Below, in pieces: positions 23,993-35,233 of a DNA stretch of 64,000 nt. Position 1 is the stretch's first letter; every line of letters begins with the position of its first letter. Location: the NCBI GenBank assembly GCA_965215335.1, contig CBDCDA010000001.1, positions 1,664,001 through 1,728,000 on the forward strand, read 5' to 3'. The notes under the pieces are model-generated. The model saw only the letters and a program-made list of their open reading frames with translations, was not told where the DNA came from and made no database searches. This DNA comes from an uncultured Candidatus Entotheonella sp. Lineage in GTDB: Bacteria > Tectomicrobia > Entotheonellia > Entotheonellales > Entotheonellaceae. The translations under genes and the position numbers were made by a program.

Positions 23993-24280
23993 TTATTGCG
24001 GCGCTGCGAAAAAGGTCTTCCACAACAAGGCGAACACGGCGAACAGCAGCAGCGTATTGAAGGCAAGCAGCAGTTCACCTTGCCGTTCAGCGCCTTGAGG
24101 TCACCGCGCAGCGATTCCATTCTCCGTGCGCGCGTCCGCGATGTCTGCCTTGGTAGCCAGTTGTCCCGTATCGGCATTCACCAGTGCAGCGACGATGGCC
24201 GATGCCCATGCTTCCGGCATGCCGCCGTCGAGCAGGCCGGTTTTGAGCCCCGGAGTCAAAGGTATTGTGGGTTCCTTTTC
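23993..24280 (-). pseudogene. DUF1640-like coiled-coil/TM small protein, frameshifted
   Basis: GGMPEAWASAIV..LATKADI / [11 protein letters not shown] / [19 protein letters not shown] in different frames. Confidence 0.5.
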
Positions 24281-24549
24281 GTCTTGTGACAGGACGCGGC
24301 AATCCCCATCCTGTCGCCTTGCATGATACGCCCGCATGCACGTGAAGCAAGGAAGGGGAACCAAGGTTTGCGGAGGTCGTCGCCTACCCCGCGGTGCTCT
24401 GGAGCATCTTCGCCAGGCAGGCATAAGACGCATCGCGTTCCGGGAACAGGGTGTGATTTGCTACAAAGTCCGGAGCGGAATTATCGGCTCCAGCGCGGGG
24501 CAATTGGATACAGGCCAATCAGAGGATAGCCACACACTCTTCCATACGA

Positions 24550-25895
24550 TCATCGTTCGGAGGGACGGAGGAATAGAATCCGGTCATAATCGAGTAACAA
24601 GGCGAGGCGACCGTCGTGTACATATGTCATGTCTCGCACCTGATAGCCGATGTCTATTCTCTCGACATATTGAACCGTCTTGTCGTGATGGCGGACGCGG
24701 AATATCGAAGCGCCGTTCGACTTTCCCCACAATGAAGCAATCAGCAAGTCGTCTTCCCATAAGGGGAAATGTCGTGCGTTATTCACAACAAGGGCGGAAA
24801 TGGCGATGGACGGCACCCAGGCAAAAACAGGTCGCATAAAGCCGTTGTGCCGACTTGGGGTACCCCTTGTTGGACCGACGCCGTAGCTTACATGAGGCCA
24901 ACCGTAATGACCGCCCGCCTCTATCAGGTTGAGTTCGTCGCCCCCTCTCGGCCCATGCTCCGTTGCCCATAAATTGCCCTCCTCGTCCCGCACGAACCCT
25001 TGCGGGTTGCGGTGACCTGTAGTCAGTACTTCAGACTCGCCGGTTTCGATTTCGATGCGAACAATTTTGCCAAAATGTGGATCAGTATCGCCAGAGAATG
25101 ACTTGCCTCCATGAGTCCCGATGGTGACCAGCAAGTGATTCTGGCCCTCCGTCAACATCCTCCCGCCTGCCATCTGGAGAGCAGGAGAGGTCAAGCAGGG
25201 CTCCGCGTCGAAGATGGTTCTCCACGACGGCAGCACCGTGATACCTCCTTGCTCTCGAAGAAGGATTGTGGATGACAATCTGAACAGAAAGCACTCTCCG
25301 GTGAAATAGTGATGGGTGACAAATAGCTCAAATCGCCTTGGCGAATGTTCTTTCAATAAAATATCCGCAACTCGAAAATGCTTCCGACGCGATTTATACC
25401 CCAGCTCATTCATCGGAATCTGTCCATCAAGATACTCCACGACTCCGTGACCCCGTTCCAAGTCAATTGTGGCGAGTCTGCCGTGCGGCGTTGCGACCAG
25501 CAAACGGTCGCTCAGGCTTTCAATGGCTCCACCTGTCAAACCAACGCTCGGATCGAGCCTGACGGTATCTACTTCCAGATCATACAAGTGGGTTTCCGCC
25601 ACAACAGGACGACCGATAGCGAGCGCCAAGCGAGCGAGCGTCTGCTGTCCGTCCGGGCAACATCGTGCCTGAGTCGCCAAGCGAGCGAGCGTCTGCTGTC
25701 CGTCCGGGCAACATCGTGCCTGAGTCGCCAAGCGAGCGAGCGTCTGCTGTCCGTCCGGGCAACATCGTGCCTGAGTCGCCAAGCGACCGCGTATATGTCA
25801 CCATATAGCTGCCCCCCCCCCCCCCGGACAATTCCCACGGCGAGTCCCAACGCCGTGGCCACCATTATCCAGAAGACCAAGCGTTTCGCACGCAT
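24550..25895 (-). pseudogene. PQQ-dependent sugar dehydrogenase (GSDH-like); signal segment and catalytic domain out of frame
   Basis: GHRNPQG, WATEHGPRGGDELNLI..GGHYGWP, WVPSIAIS; N-terminal MRAKRLVFWIMV lies in a different frame. Confidence 0.75.
25624..25786. repeat. Perfect 51-bp tandem repeat, 3 copies plus 10 bp
   Basis: cgccaagcgagcgagcgtctgctgtccgtccgggcaacatcgtgcctgagt at 25624, 25675 and 25726. Confidence 0.97.
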
Positions 25896-25949
25896 CAGTC
25901 AATTCCTATTCCAGAAACCTTCAATCGATGCCTTCCTGCCCGCTTTGTG

Positions 25950-26445
25950 GTCCCATCAAGATGTTCTCCTGCTGGTTCCGGCTGGCCGTAACGAACCTGC
26001 TCTGATGCCGTGATGCCGTCAAGGGGCGGTATTCAAAGGAATGGTAACGGTGCAGGTGCCCGCGTCCCATCCTGTTTCAGTAATGCGAGGCAGGAAAAAC
26101 GCTTGTCGCCCTTGACGTTGTCCTGCTCCACGTTGGCAGCCTTGAGCCGGAATTGCACGGCCACGCCGCCCGGCGCCTTCCAGTCGTAATTGTAGAAGTG
26201 CTCGGCGGTTTTGACGTAATACTGGTCGCGGTTGGCCCAGCGGTCTGTCCCGGTAAGTATCGGCCATCTGCGTCAATAGCGTCTGCCCCTAACTCTGTTT
26301 CTACTCGCTGTCGTGCCTGTTCCAGCGCAGCATCGGCTTGGACCTGTTGGGCCAACGGGCCACGGTCCAACTCGGCAGCGACGGCACCGGGCAGTTGTTC
26401 GACGATGAACTTCTCGATGGCATCCCGCTTGTGGTTCACAACACG
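25950..26445 (-). pseudogene. Remnant of a type III R-M Mod (methyltransferase) N-terminus
   Basis: NHKRDAIEKFI..AELDRG, WANRDQYYVKTAEHF, ANVEQDNVKGDKRF, IPFEYRPLT across frames. Confidence 0.6.
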
Positions 26446-26494
26446 GTCCTTTCCGACTCCCGCCAACCGAATTCCAGTACAGGAGGACGCCTTC

Positions 26495-26640
26495 ATGCCA
26501 AGGCCGAGAATTGCCATGATTTCGCGGACGGAACCGAACGCCGAGATCATCGAACAGCAGTTACAGGCACAGGATTACGACTTGGAGACGTACGTGTGCA
26601 GCAGCCCCGGTGAGGGCACCGAGGCCATCAAGGGCACGGC
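26495..26640 (+). pseudogene. Truncated N-terminus, possibly of a D-2-hydroxyacid dehydrogenase
   Basis: AGGAGG RBS followed by MPRPRIAMIS..EQQLQ..CSSPGEGTEAIKG, then similarity is lost. Confidence 0.35.
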
Positions 26641-26732
26641 GATGTGCGCGCCCAACTCTCCGCGTGTCCTGCCGCTCTCAATAGCTGAAACGGCGAACGA
26701 CGGGGAGGCGGCGTTTTGTGGGTAGATGACCC

Positions 26733-28022
26733 TCAGCCGAAAATGTCGGAGGTGATGCTCTTGTACCAGCCGACGGTGTACTCGGCCTCGCGCTTGCGGA
26801 AATCGGCGGAGGCGCCCTTGGGGCTGACGCCGCCGGCGCCTGCAACGCCCTTGATGGTACCGTCGTCGGCGAGGCGGTAAACGGCCGCGATCGAGATGCC
26901 GTAATCGGGTGCCACCAGGCTGTAGCAGGTGTTGATGAACGACACGGCGCCCGGCGACTCGCCGCGCAGCATGGCCGCCACCGCGGCGGCGCACGCCTTG
27001 GCCTGGCTGTTGGCGCTGTAGCCGGATTTCGGCATCTTGCCGGCAATGCAGGCGTCGCCGATCACGTGAATGCCCGGATGCATGGTGGACTCGAAGGTGC
27101 CCTGGTCCACCGGGCACCAGCCAGCGTCGTTGGTCAGGCCGGTCTGCACCGCGATACGGCCCGCCGACTGCGGCGGAATGACGTTGACCACGTCGCCGCG
27201 CAGCGGGCCGAAATCCGTCTCCAGAGTCATGCTGGTGGCGTCGACGGCGATGAGGCTGCCACCGGCCGAACCGGCGCGCCACTCGATCATGCCGGGGTAG
27301 AGTTGCGCCCAGCCCTCCATGAACAGCGGCTGCTTGGAGAACTTTTCCTTGGCGTCGAGGATGATGATTTTCGACTTCGGCTTGTGCGTCTTGAGGTAGT
27401 AGGCGATCAGACTGGCACGCTCATAAGGGCCGGGCGGGCAGCGAAAGGGGTTGGCCGGCGGCGCAATGACCACCGTGCCGCCGTCGGGCATGGCTTCGAT
27501 CTGCCGGCGCAGCAGCGAGGTCTGCGGTCCCGCCCGCCAGGCGTGCGGCATCGCTTGCGCCGCCCGCTCATCGTACCCTTCGAGGGCTCCCCACAGCAAC
27601 TGGATGCCCGGTGATACCACCAGACGGTCGTATGACAGATCGCCACCGTTTTGCAGCGCCACCTTGCGTTGTGCCGGGTCGATGCCACTCGCCGTATCGT
27701 GGACGACCGTCACCCCGTGCCGGCTGCTCAACCGGTCGTAGCCGTGGGTGATGAAGTCCATGCCGTTCAGACCGCCCAGAACCGTATTGCTGAACGGACA
27801 GGTCATGAAACGCGGGTTGCGCTCGACGAGGATCACTTCGATGCGCGGATCGGTACGCCGCAGGTATTTCGCGCAGGTGGCGCCGCCAAAACCGCCGCCG
27901 ACCACCACGACCCGGCCCGTGGCCGCCCGGCCGAGGGCCGGAAACCCTGAGACGCCTGCCGCCGAGAAGGCACCGGCACTTCCGATCAACTGGGTGAAAC
28001 GTCTGCGTGTAACGGGCATCAT
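26733..28022 (-). CDS. fccB: Flavocytochrome c sulfide dehydrogenase flavoprotein subunit
   Basis: Tat [47 protein letters not shown]. Confidence 0.93.
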   Translation of the reverse strand: MMPVTRRRFTQLIGSAGAFSAAGVSGFPALGRAATGRVVVVGGGFGGATCAKYLRRTDPRIEVILVERNPRFMTCPFSNTVLGGLNGMDFITHGYDRLSSRHGVTVVHDTASGIDPAQRKVALQNGGDLSYDRLVVSPGIQLLWGALEGYDERAAQAMPHAWRAGPQTSLLRRQIEAMPDGGTVVIAPPANPFRCPPGPYERASLIAYYLKTHKPKSKIIILDAKEKFSKQPLFMEGWAQLYPGMIEWRAGSAGGSLIAVDATSMTLETDFGPLRGDVVNVIPPQSAGRIAVQTGLTNDAGWCPVDQGTFESTMHPGIHVIGDACIAGKMPKSGYSANSQAKACAAAVAAMLRGESPGAVSFINTCYSLVAPDYGISIAAVYRLADDGTIKGVAGAGGVSPKGASADFRKREAEYTVGWYKSITSDIFG

Positions 28023-28034
28023 CGGCTCCCTCTC

Positions 28035-28589
28035 TCATGGGTTGCCCAAGTGCTGTGCGATAGCGGCGATTTCGTCGTCGTCATAGCCTCTGGCGATGCG
28101 ATTCATCACCGTGCCTGCGCGGGCGCCGGCCTTGAATTCGAGCATGCGTTGCGTGATGTAAGCGGCTGACTTGCCGGACAGCGATGGGATGGCGCCGGGG
28201 CTCTCGCCGTCCGTGCCGTGGCAGGGCGCGCAGGCGTCGGCCAGCGCCGCCGGCGTGGTCCCACCGGCCGCGCTGCTCTGCCCCAGAGCAGCGAAGTGCT
28301 GCGCCACGGCGGCGATTTCGGCATCGCTGTAGCCTTTGGCGATACGGTTCATCACCGTGCCCTCACGGCTGCCCGCCTTGAATTCGAGCATGCGCTGGAC
28401 GATGTAGTCGGCGGATTTGCCGGACAGTGATGGGATGGCGCCGGGGCTCTCGCCGTCCGTACCGTGGCAAGGCGCGCAGGCATCCCCCAGCATCGCCGTG
28501 CCGGCCCTGGCGTCCGCCGCCCACATCAGCGTCGGTGTCGCCAACAGCCCGAGCGTGACGGCGAACACGACTTGCATGGACCTTGTCAT
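28035..28589 (-). CDS. fccA: Diheme cytochrome c subunit of flavocytochrome c
   Basis: Signal peptide, two CAPCH motifs each followed by TVMNRIA; directly upstream of fccB. Confidence 0.88.
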   Translation of the reverse strand: MTRSMQVVFAVTLGLLATPTLMWAADARAGTAMLGDACAPCHGTDGESPGAIPSLSGKSADYIVQRMLEFKAGSREGTVMNRIAKGYSDAEIAAVAQHFAALGQSSAAGGTTPAALADACAPCHGTDGESPGAIPSLSGKSAAYITQRMLEFKAGARAGTVMNRIARGYDDDEIAAIAQHLGNP

Positions 28590-28773
28590 GAGGGTTGCCT
28601 TTCCTTAAGATTTCGCTTGTGGTGGATTGCCGTAAGAATCTGCAAGGCTTTCCCAGTTTCCGCCCATCTGATTCCTTGGCACACCGGGCATATCATTCGC
28701 TTGCTCTGATATGACGCCAACTGTACGGGGACCGCTGGAATATCAAAAAAAAGTCGTGCTTCGGCCAGTCCTC

Positions 28774-28789
28774 AGGGCCTGTGGACATT
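28774..28789. mobile_element. Orphan IS-like terminal repeat
   Basis: AGGGCCTGTGGACATT, exact reverse complement of 16380-16395. Confidence 0.45.
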
Positions 28790-29128
28790 CAGACCGGGTA
28801 AATGTTGCCCGATTTTTGTCTGTTCCCACTCCATTAAATCATCCCATGATGTCCCATCTCGTGCGATTTGATATTCAACTCGGTGAACATCGGGGTCGTA
28901 AATAGTCCTGCTTGAGCGATGTTGGTTTATCCTATTGTAAAAGTTCTGACGTAATTCCTAGTTATCAACCGATACGAATCGGTATGCACCCCATTATCTG
29001 GGCAAAGATCTCGGCCCAGAAGCTTCGGTCCATACTCTTGGCCTGCCAGATGGAAATGGCACCCTCACGGTGTTTCCTTCTATGGTTGTGCGCCTCATCG
29101 GGAAGCGAGAGGATCCGCCGTCTGCGTC

Positions 29129-30610
29129 CTACCTCTTTTCGGGCCTGATCGCCACGTAGAGATGGTTGCCACGGCGTTCGAGCAGCAGCAGCACGGGTTC
29201 GTCTTCCTCGAGGGCGGTGGTGGCGTCCTCGTAGGCGTCCAGGCCCTCGACCGTCTGGCGGTTCACCTCGCGGATGATGTCGCCCGGCTGGATGCCGGCG
29301 TTGGCGGCGGGGCTTTCGTCGGCGACATCCGTCACCACGACCCCGCGGTCGTCATCGGTCCGCAGCTCGCGGGCCATGTCCTGGGTAATCGCCTCGACCT
29401 GTATGCCCAGCAGTTCCGCCACGCCCGACGGCTCCAGGCCGGCGATGCGCGCGGCCTCGTCGTCCTCAAGCTCACCGAGCGTAACCGGGATGGTCATGCG
29501 CTTGCCGTCGCGGATGACCTCCACCTCCACGGTGGTGCCCGGCGTCACGACGGCCACCAGGCTCGGCAGGGCACTGGCATCTTCCACCTCGCTGCCGTGA
29601 AAGTCGACGATCACGTCGCCCTGCCGCAGGCCGGCCTTGTCTGCCGGGGAATCGGTGACGATGCCGGATACCAGGGCACCATTGGCGTCGTCGAGCTTGA
29701 AAGCATGAAGCATCCCCGGCGAGATGCTCTGAATGGCCACGCCCAGCCAGCCGCGCGTCACGTTACCCTTGTCGTACAGTTGGCTGAGGACGCTCTTGGC
29801 CATGTTGATCGGGATGGCGAAGCCGATGCCTTGGCCGCTGCGCATGATGGCCGTGTTGATGCCGATGACCTCGCCGCGCATGTTGAAGAGCGGACCACCG
29901 CTGTTGCCCGGGTTGATCGAGGCGTCGGTCTGGATGAAATCGTCGTACGGCCCGGCGCCGATGATGCGCCCCTTGGCGCTGACGATGCCCGCGGTGACGG
30001 TGTGGCCTAGGCCGAAGGGGTTGCCGATGGCCAGCACCCATTCGCCGACCTCCAGGTTTTCGGAATCGCCGAACGGCACGGTGGGCAGGGGCAGCGGACT
30101 GTGAACGCGCAGCAGCGCCAGGTCCGTCTTGGGGTCGCGCCCGATCAGGGTCGCCTCGAACTCCTCCTTCGACGACAGCGTCACCGTGATTTCGTCCGCC
30201 TCTTCCACCACGTGGTTGTTGGTCACGATGTAGCCGTTGGTGTTGATAATGAAGCCGGTGCCCAGACTGGGGCGATGGCGCGGACGGCGCTGTTCGCCGA
30301 AGAAGCGATCGAAGAATTCCCGGAAGGGATCCTCCCTACCGAAGGGAGACGGCCGCCTGCGTAGGGAGCGTCGTTGTTCGGTGGGGACGGTTCTGCGGCT
30401 GCTGATGTTGACGACGGCGGGTTCCAGGGCCTTGGCCGCCTCGATGAAGGCGGGAGGCCGGGGTTGCTCGAACTCGACGCTGCTGCCCTCCTCCCAAAGC
30501 TGCGCCGCCATCGGGGGCGTCAGACCCACGGCACAGGTGAACAACAGCGCGGCAAACGCTCCGGCGGCAAGAGTGCTGGCCTGGCGGGGCAACAAAAGGG
30601 TGTCTGGCAT
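29129..30610 (-). CDS. degP: Do/DegP (HtrA) serine protease with two PDZ domains
   Basis: TNNHVV, DPKTDLAL, QTDASINPGNSGGPL, RGWLGV. Confidence 0.93.
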   Translation of the reverse strand: MPDTLLLPRQASTLAAGAFAALLFTCAVGLTPPMAAQLWEEGSSVEFEQPRPPAFIEAAKALEPAVVNISSRRTVPTEQRRSLRRRPSPFGREDPFREFFDRFFGEQRRPRHRPSLGTGFIINTNGYIVTNNHVVEEADEITVTLSSKEEFEATLIGRDPKTDLALLRVHSPLPLPTVPFGDSENLEVGEWVLAIGNPFGLGHTVTAGIVSAKGRIIGAGPYDDFIQTDASINPGNSGGPLFNMRGEVIGINTAIMRSGQGIGFAIPINMAKSVLSQLYDKGNVTRGWLGVAIQSISPGMLHAFKLDDANGALVSGIVTDSPADKAGLRQGDVIVDFHGSEVEDASALPSLVAVVTPGTTVEVEVIRDGKRMTIPVTLGELEDDEAARIAGLEPSGVAELLGIQVEAITQDMARELRTDDDRGVVVTDVADESPAANAGIQPGDIIREVNRQTVEGLDAYEDATTALEEDEPVLLLLERRGNHLYVAIRPEKR

Positions 30611-30707
30611 GGGACACTCTCCTTTGGGTGGACAGCCTTGCGGAGGGCGAGAAGGGAGGGGCGGCTGAACCGCCCCTCCCTTCTTCTCCTGGCACGATGG
30701 CTTGGGG

Positions 30708-32375
<1,668 letters not shown>

Positions 32376-32663
32376 CTACTCGACGACGCCGAGCAGGTCG
32401 GATTCGCGCATGACAAGCAATTCTTCACCGTCAATCGTAATTTCCGTCCCGGCGTACTTGCCGAACAGCACCTTGTTATCGACCGCAACACCAAGCCGGC
32501 GCCGCGAGCCGTCTTCCAGGCGCTTGCCCGGCCCGATCGCCAGTACCTGCCCTTCCTGCGGTTTTTCCTTCGCGGTGTCGGGAATGATGATACCGCCTTG
32601 CTGTTCTTCCTCGGCTTCGAGGCGTCGGATCAGGACGTTGTCGTTCAGCGGACGAAAGGCCAT
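32376..32663 (-). CDS. groS: Co-chaperonin GroES
   Basis: [35 protein letters not shown]. Confidence 0.98.
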   Translation of the reverse strand: MAFRPLNDNVLIRRLEAEEEQQGGIIIPDTAKEKPQEGQVLAIGPGKRLEDGSRRRLGVAVDNKVLFGKYAGTEITIDGEELLVMRESDLLGVVE

Positions 32664-32786
32664 AACTCGAGTTCTCCTCAATTACGGTATGAGATAGGTG
32701 TCAAGCGCATGTCATCACTTTCGGCAAGAGGCCGGCACCCTGCGGAAACGAGGCGGCTGCGACCCCATGCGTTGCGTCTGCGACGA

Positions 32787-32813
32787 TTAGCACTCTAGGA
32801 AGTGGAGTGCTAA
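32787..32813. promoter_or_regulatory. CIRCE element (HrcA operator)
   Basis: Perfect TTAGCACTC-N9-GAGTGCTAA upstream of groES. Confidence 0.97.
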
Positions 32814-32842
32814 CGATAAACGGGTACGGTCTTTTTTGTCAA
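32813..32842 (-). promoter_or_regulatory. Sigma-70 promoter of groESL
   Basis: TTGACA-18 bp-TATCGT on the minus strand, abutting CIRCE. Confidence 0.65.
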
Positions 32843-32868
32843 GATGTGACGGCCAAAATCAGCCACCG

Positions 32869-33432
32869 TCAGGATGCCCCGAGGAGCGCTTCAGGGGCCA
32901 CCGGCACATCCTTTTCAGGAGAAGCGTACCACTTCAGGTAGTCGTGCCAGCTCTCGGGAGGGTTGCGCATGCTTACCGCCAGGGTGACGTGAGGCTGCCG
33001 GGTGGGCTTGCGGGGCTGCCGCTTCAGGCGCAGGCCGCAGTTCTCCAGTGTCTTGCCGCCCTTACGGCGGTTGCAGGCCAGACAGCAGGTCACGATGTTC
33101 GTCCACTCGGTGAGGCCGCCGAGCACGCGCGGCAGCACGTGGTCGTAGGTCAGCTCGCTCGGCGGCGGCATGGCGCCGCAGTACTGGCAGGCATAGTAGT
33201 CGCGGGCGTAGATGTTCTGGCGGGAAAACTTGACGCCGCGCGGCCGGGCGCGCACCAGCTTGTGCAGCCGGATCACCGCCGGCAGGCGCAGGGTGAGTCT
33301 GGCGCTGTGAATCTCACGGGCGTACTCCTCGACGATCTCCGCCTTGCCGGCGAAATAGAGCGTCAGCGCGCGTTTCCAGTTCACGATGCGCAGGGGTTCG
33401 AACGAGGCGTTGAGCAGGAGAACGTGTTCCAT
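32869..33432 (-). CDS. HNH endonuclease (McrA-like)
   Basis: VLLLNASFEPL, RDYYACQYCG, TYDHVLPR..GG..WTNIVTCCLACNRRKG. Confidence 0.9.
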   Translation of the reverse strand: MEHVLLLNASFEPLRIVNWKRALTLYFAGKAEIVEEYAREIHSARLTLRLPAVIRLHKLVRARPRGVKFSRQNIYARDYYACQYCGAMPPPSELTYDHVLPRVLGGLTEWTNIVTCCLACNRRKGGKTLENCGLRLKRQPRKPTRQPHVTLAVSMRNPPESWHDYLKWYASPEKDVPVAPEALLGAS

Positions 33433-33606
33433 GGCGTGCCGGGTTCCGTCCTGTCGTTCGTGGCGCCCACGGCGCTCTTATTGGCTAGCTTATTGTATCG
33501 AACCCGCCTGTGAAAGGGAACGCCGGGCGCAATTTTCCGGCGGACCTGCTACACTTCCTACCCACAACCCCTGCCTGGAGACGACCCTAGCTCAAGGAGA
33601 GAATGA

Positions 33607-34500
33607 ATGACCGAACGACTGACCCTGATGGCGGTGCATGCCCATCCGGACGACGAATGCATGAGTACCGGCGGCAGCTTGGCGCGCTACCGCGAGGAGG
33701 GCGTACACACCATCCTGGTCACCGCCACGCGGGGCGAGGAGGGCGAGATCGTTGACCCGGAAATGGACCCCGACGAGGTGCGGCCGAAACTCGCCGACGT
33801 GCGTGTGGCGGAGCTCGAAAAGGCATGCCTGCACTTGCAGATCGGGGAGTTGCACCTGCTCAACTACCGCGATTCCGGCATGGCCGGGACGCCGGCCAAC
33901 AACCATCCTGACTGCTTCCACCAAGCCGACCTGCACGCGGCCACCGGACGGCTGGTGCGCCTGATGCGGCAGTGCCACCCGCACGTGGTGACCTGCTACA
34001 ACGAAAACGGCGGCTACGGCCACCCGGATCACATTCAGGTCAACCGCGCGACCGTCGCGGCCTTTCACGCCGCCGGGGACCCCGCGCAATACCCCGAGGA
34101 CGGGCCGGCTCCGTGGCAGCCGCAGAAGCTCTACTACACGTCCTACCCGCGTTCCTACATCCTGATGCGCTACGAGGTCATGCGCTCGATGGGCGTCGAG
34201 TCGCCGATGGACCGGCCGGATTTCGACCCGCAGAAGGTGGGCGGCACGCCGGACGAAGACATCACCACCCGTATCGAGGTGCGCGATTATCTGGCGCGCA
34301 AGATGGAGGCACTGCGCTGCCACCGCAGCCAGATCGCCCCGGATTGGTGGTTCAGGCGCATCCCGCCCGAGGTGCAACGCGACAAATTCGCCCACGAATG
34401 CTTCGTCTGCGTGGCGTCGCATGTACCGCACCGCAGCCCCGAGTCGGACCTGTTCGCCGGCCTGCGCCAGCCGGTGGCGAGCGGTGTGGCCGCGTCGTGA
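33607..34500 (+). CDS. PIG-L family deacetylase (MshB/Mca-like)
   Basis: VHAHPDDE, TRGEEGE, YRDSGMAG, GGYGHPDHI, HRSQI. Confidence 0.88.
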   Translation: MTERLTLMAVHAHPDDECMSTGGSLARYREEGVHTILVTATRGEEGEIVDPEMDPDEVRPKLADVRVAELEKACLHLQIGELHLLNYRDSGMAGTPANNHPDCFHQADLHAATGRLVRLMRQCHPHVVTCYNENGGYGHPDHIQVNRATVAAFHAAGDPAQYPEDGPAPWQPQKLYYTSYPRSYILMRYEVMRSMGVESPMDRPDFDPQKVGGTPDEDITTRIEVRDYLARKMEALRCHRSQIAPDWWFRRIPPEVQRDKFAHECFVCVASHVPHRSPESDLFAGLRQPVASGVAAS

Positions 34501-34627
34501 CCCGCCTGGAGCAACTCCGTATCCGATTCCACTGAGAGGAATGAAAACAAGGTGGGATCCGCTTAGCGCCGATCGAAGGTTCGGAACGCCCACTTGACCT
34601 CGATCGCTTACATCGTCTAGGTTAGTG

Positions 34628-34688
34628 GCAGCACCCCTTGCGGCTTCGACCGCAGGGCGCGGGGCCTCTTCGGAGGCCCCTGCTTTTT
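34628..34688 (+). ncRNA. Candidate two-hairpin structured RNA or leader upstream of the NYN gene
   Basis: TTGACC-18-TAGGTT promoter-like site; stems CCTTGCGG/CCGCAGGG and GGGGCCTC-TTCG-GAGGCCCC, then a T-tract. Confidence 0.45.
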
Positions 34689-34699
34689 GGCGCGAATTG

Positions 34700-35010
34700 A
34701 TGCGCACCCTCGTCTGCGTAGACGGGTTCAATCTCTACTACGGATACGGAGCGCTCAAGGGAACCGCCCGGAAATGGCTGGACCTGCCCGCCCTGTTCGC
34801 GAAAATCCTGCAACCCCACTCACGATATCCTGACCATCAAGTACTTCACGGCGAGACTCTCAGGCACGCCCGCCGACCAATCGAAGCCGCAACGGCAAGA
34901 CGTGTATCTCCGCGCCCTTCGCCATTACCGGCCCGAGGTCGAAGTGTATTTCGGGCATTTTTGAGCCATGCGGTCCGAATGCCCCTTGTGCGGCCGGTCG
35001 GGAACCGGCG
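34700..35010 (+). pseudogene. NYN (LabA/DUF88) domain nuclease, frameshifted and truncated
   Basis: MRTLVCVDGFNLYYG..KWLDL, IKYFTAR..KPQRQDVYLRAL..VYFGHF; shifts near 34820 and 34960. Confidence 0.8.
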
Positions 35011-35233
35011 CGAGGAGCAGCTGCATGTTGGCATCACCCAGGTCGGCAAGCACCCGTATCGTATCCCGGTGTTCACTCAAGATCTTAGTGCATCCGGACA
35101 CTACACCTAGAGCCGCGAGCACCAAGACCACCACAAAATTTCGCATTCATGCTCTTTCCATCTGCGCCCAACTTCCGATAACCGGTCAAAGCCGGTGCAG
35201 GATCATTCACAAACATCCTCTTGTTGAAGCCCT

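Noticed and set aside
25624..25786. CRISPR array
   Set aside because: The repeats are directly tandem with no unique spacers, and there are no cas genes.
25812..25825. Simple ON/OFF phase variation by the G14 tract
   Set aside because: Both alternative frames hit stops (25798-25800 and 25580-25582) before the catalytic domain.
32869..33432. HNH gene as an IscB/Cas9-like RNA-guided nuclease
   Set aside because: It is only 187 aa, with no RuvC or PLMP motifs and no adjacent array or evident RNA. It looks like an ordinary stand-alone HNH.
34925..35146. Small lipoprotein (VSGC lipobox)
   Set aside because: The N-terminus is plausible, but it runs into antisense NYN debris; probably a fragment, and support is insufficient.
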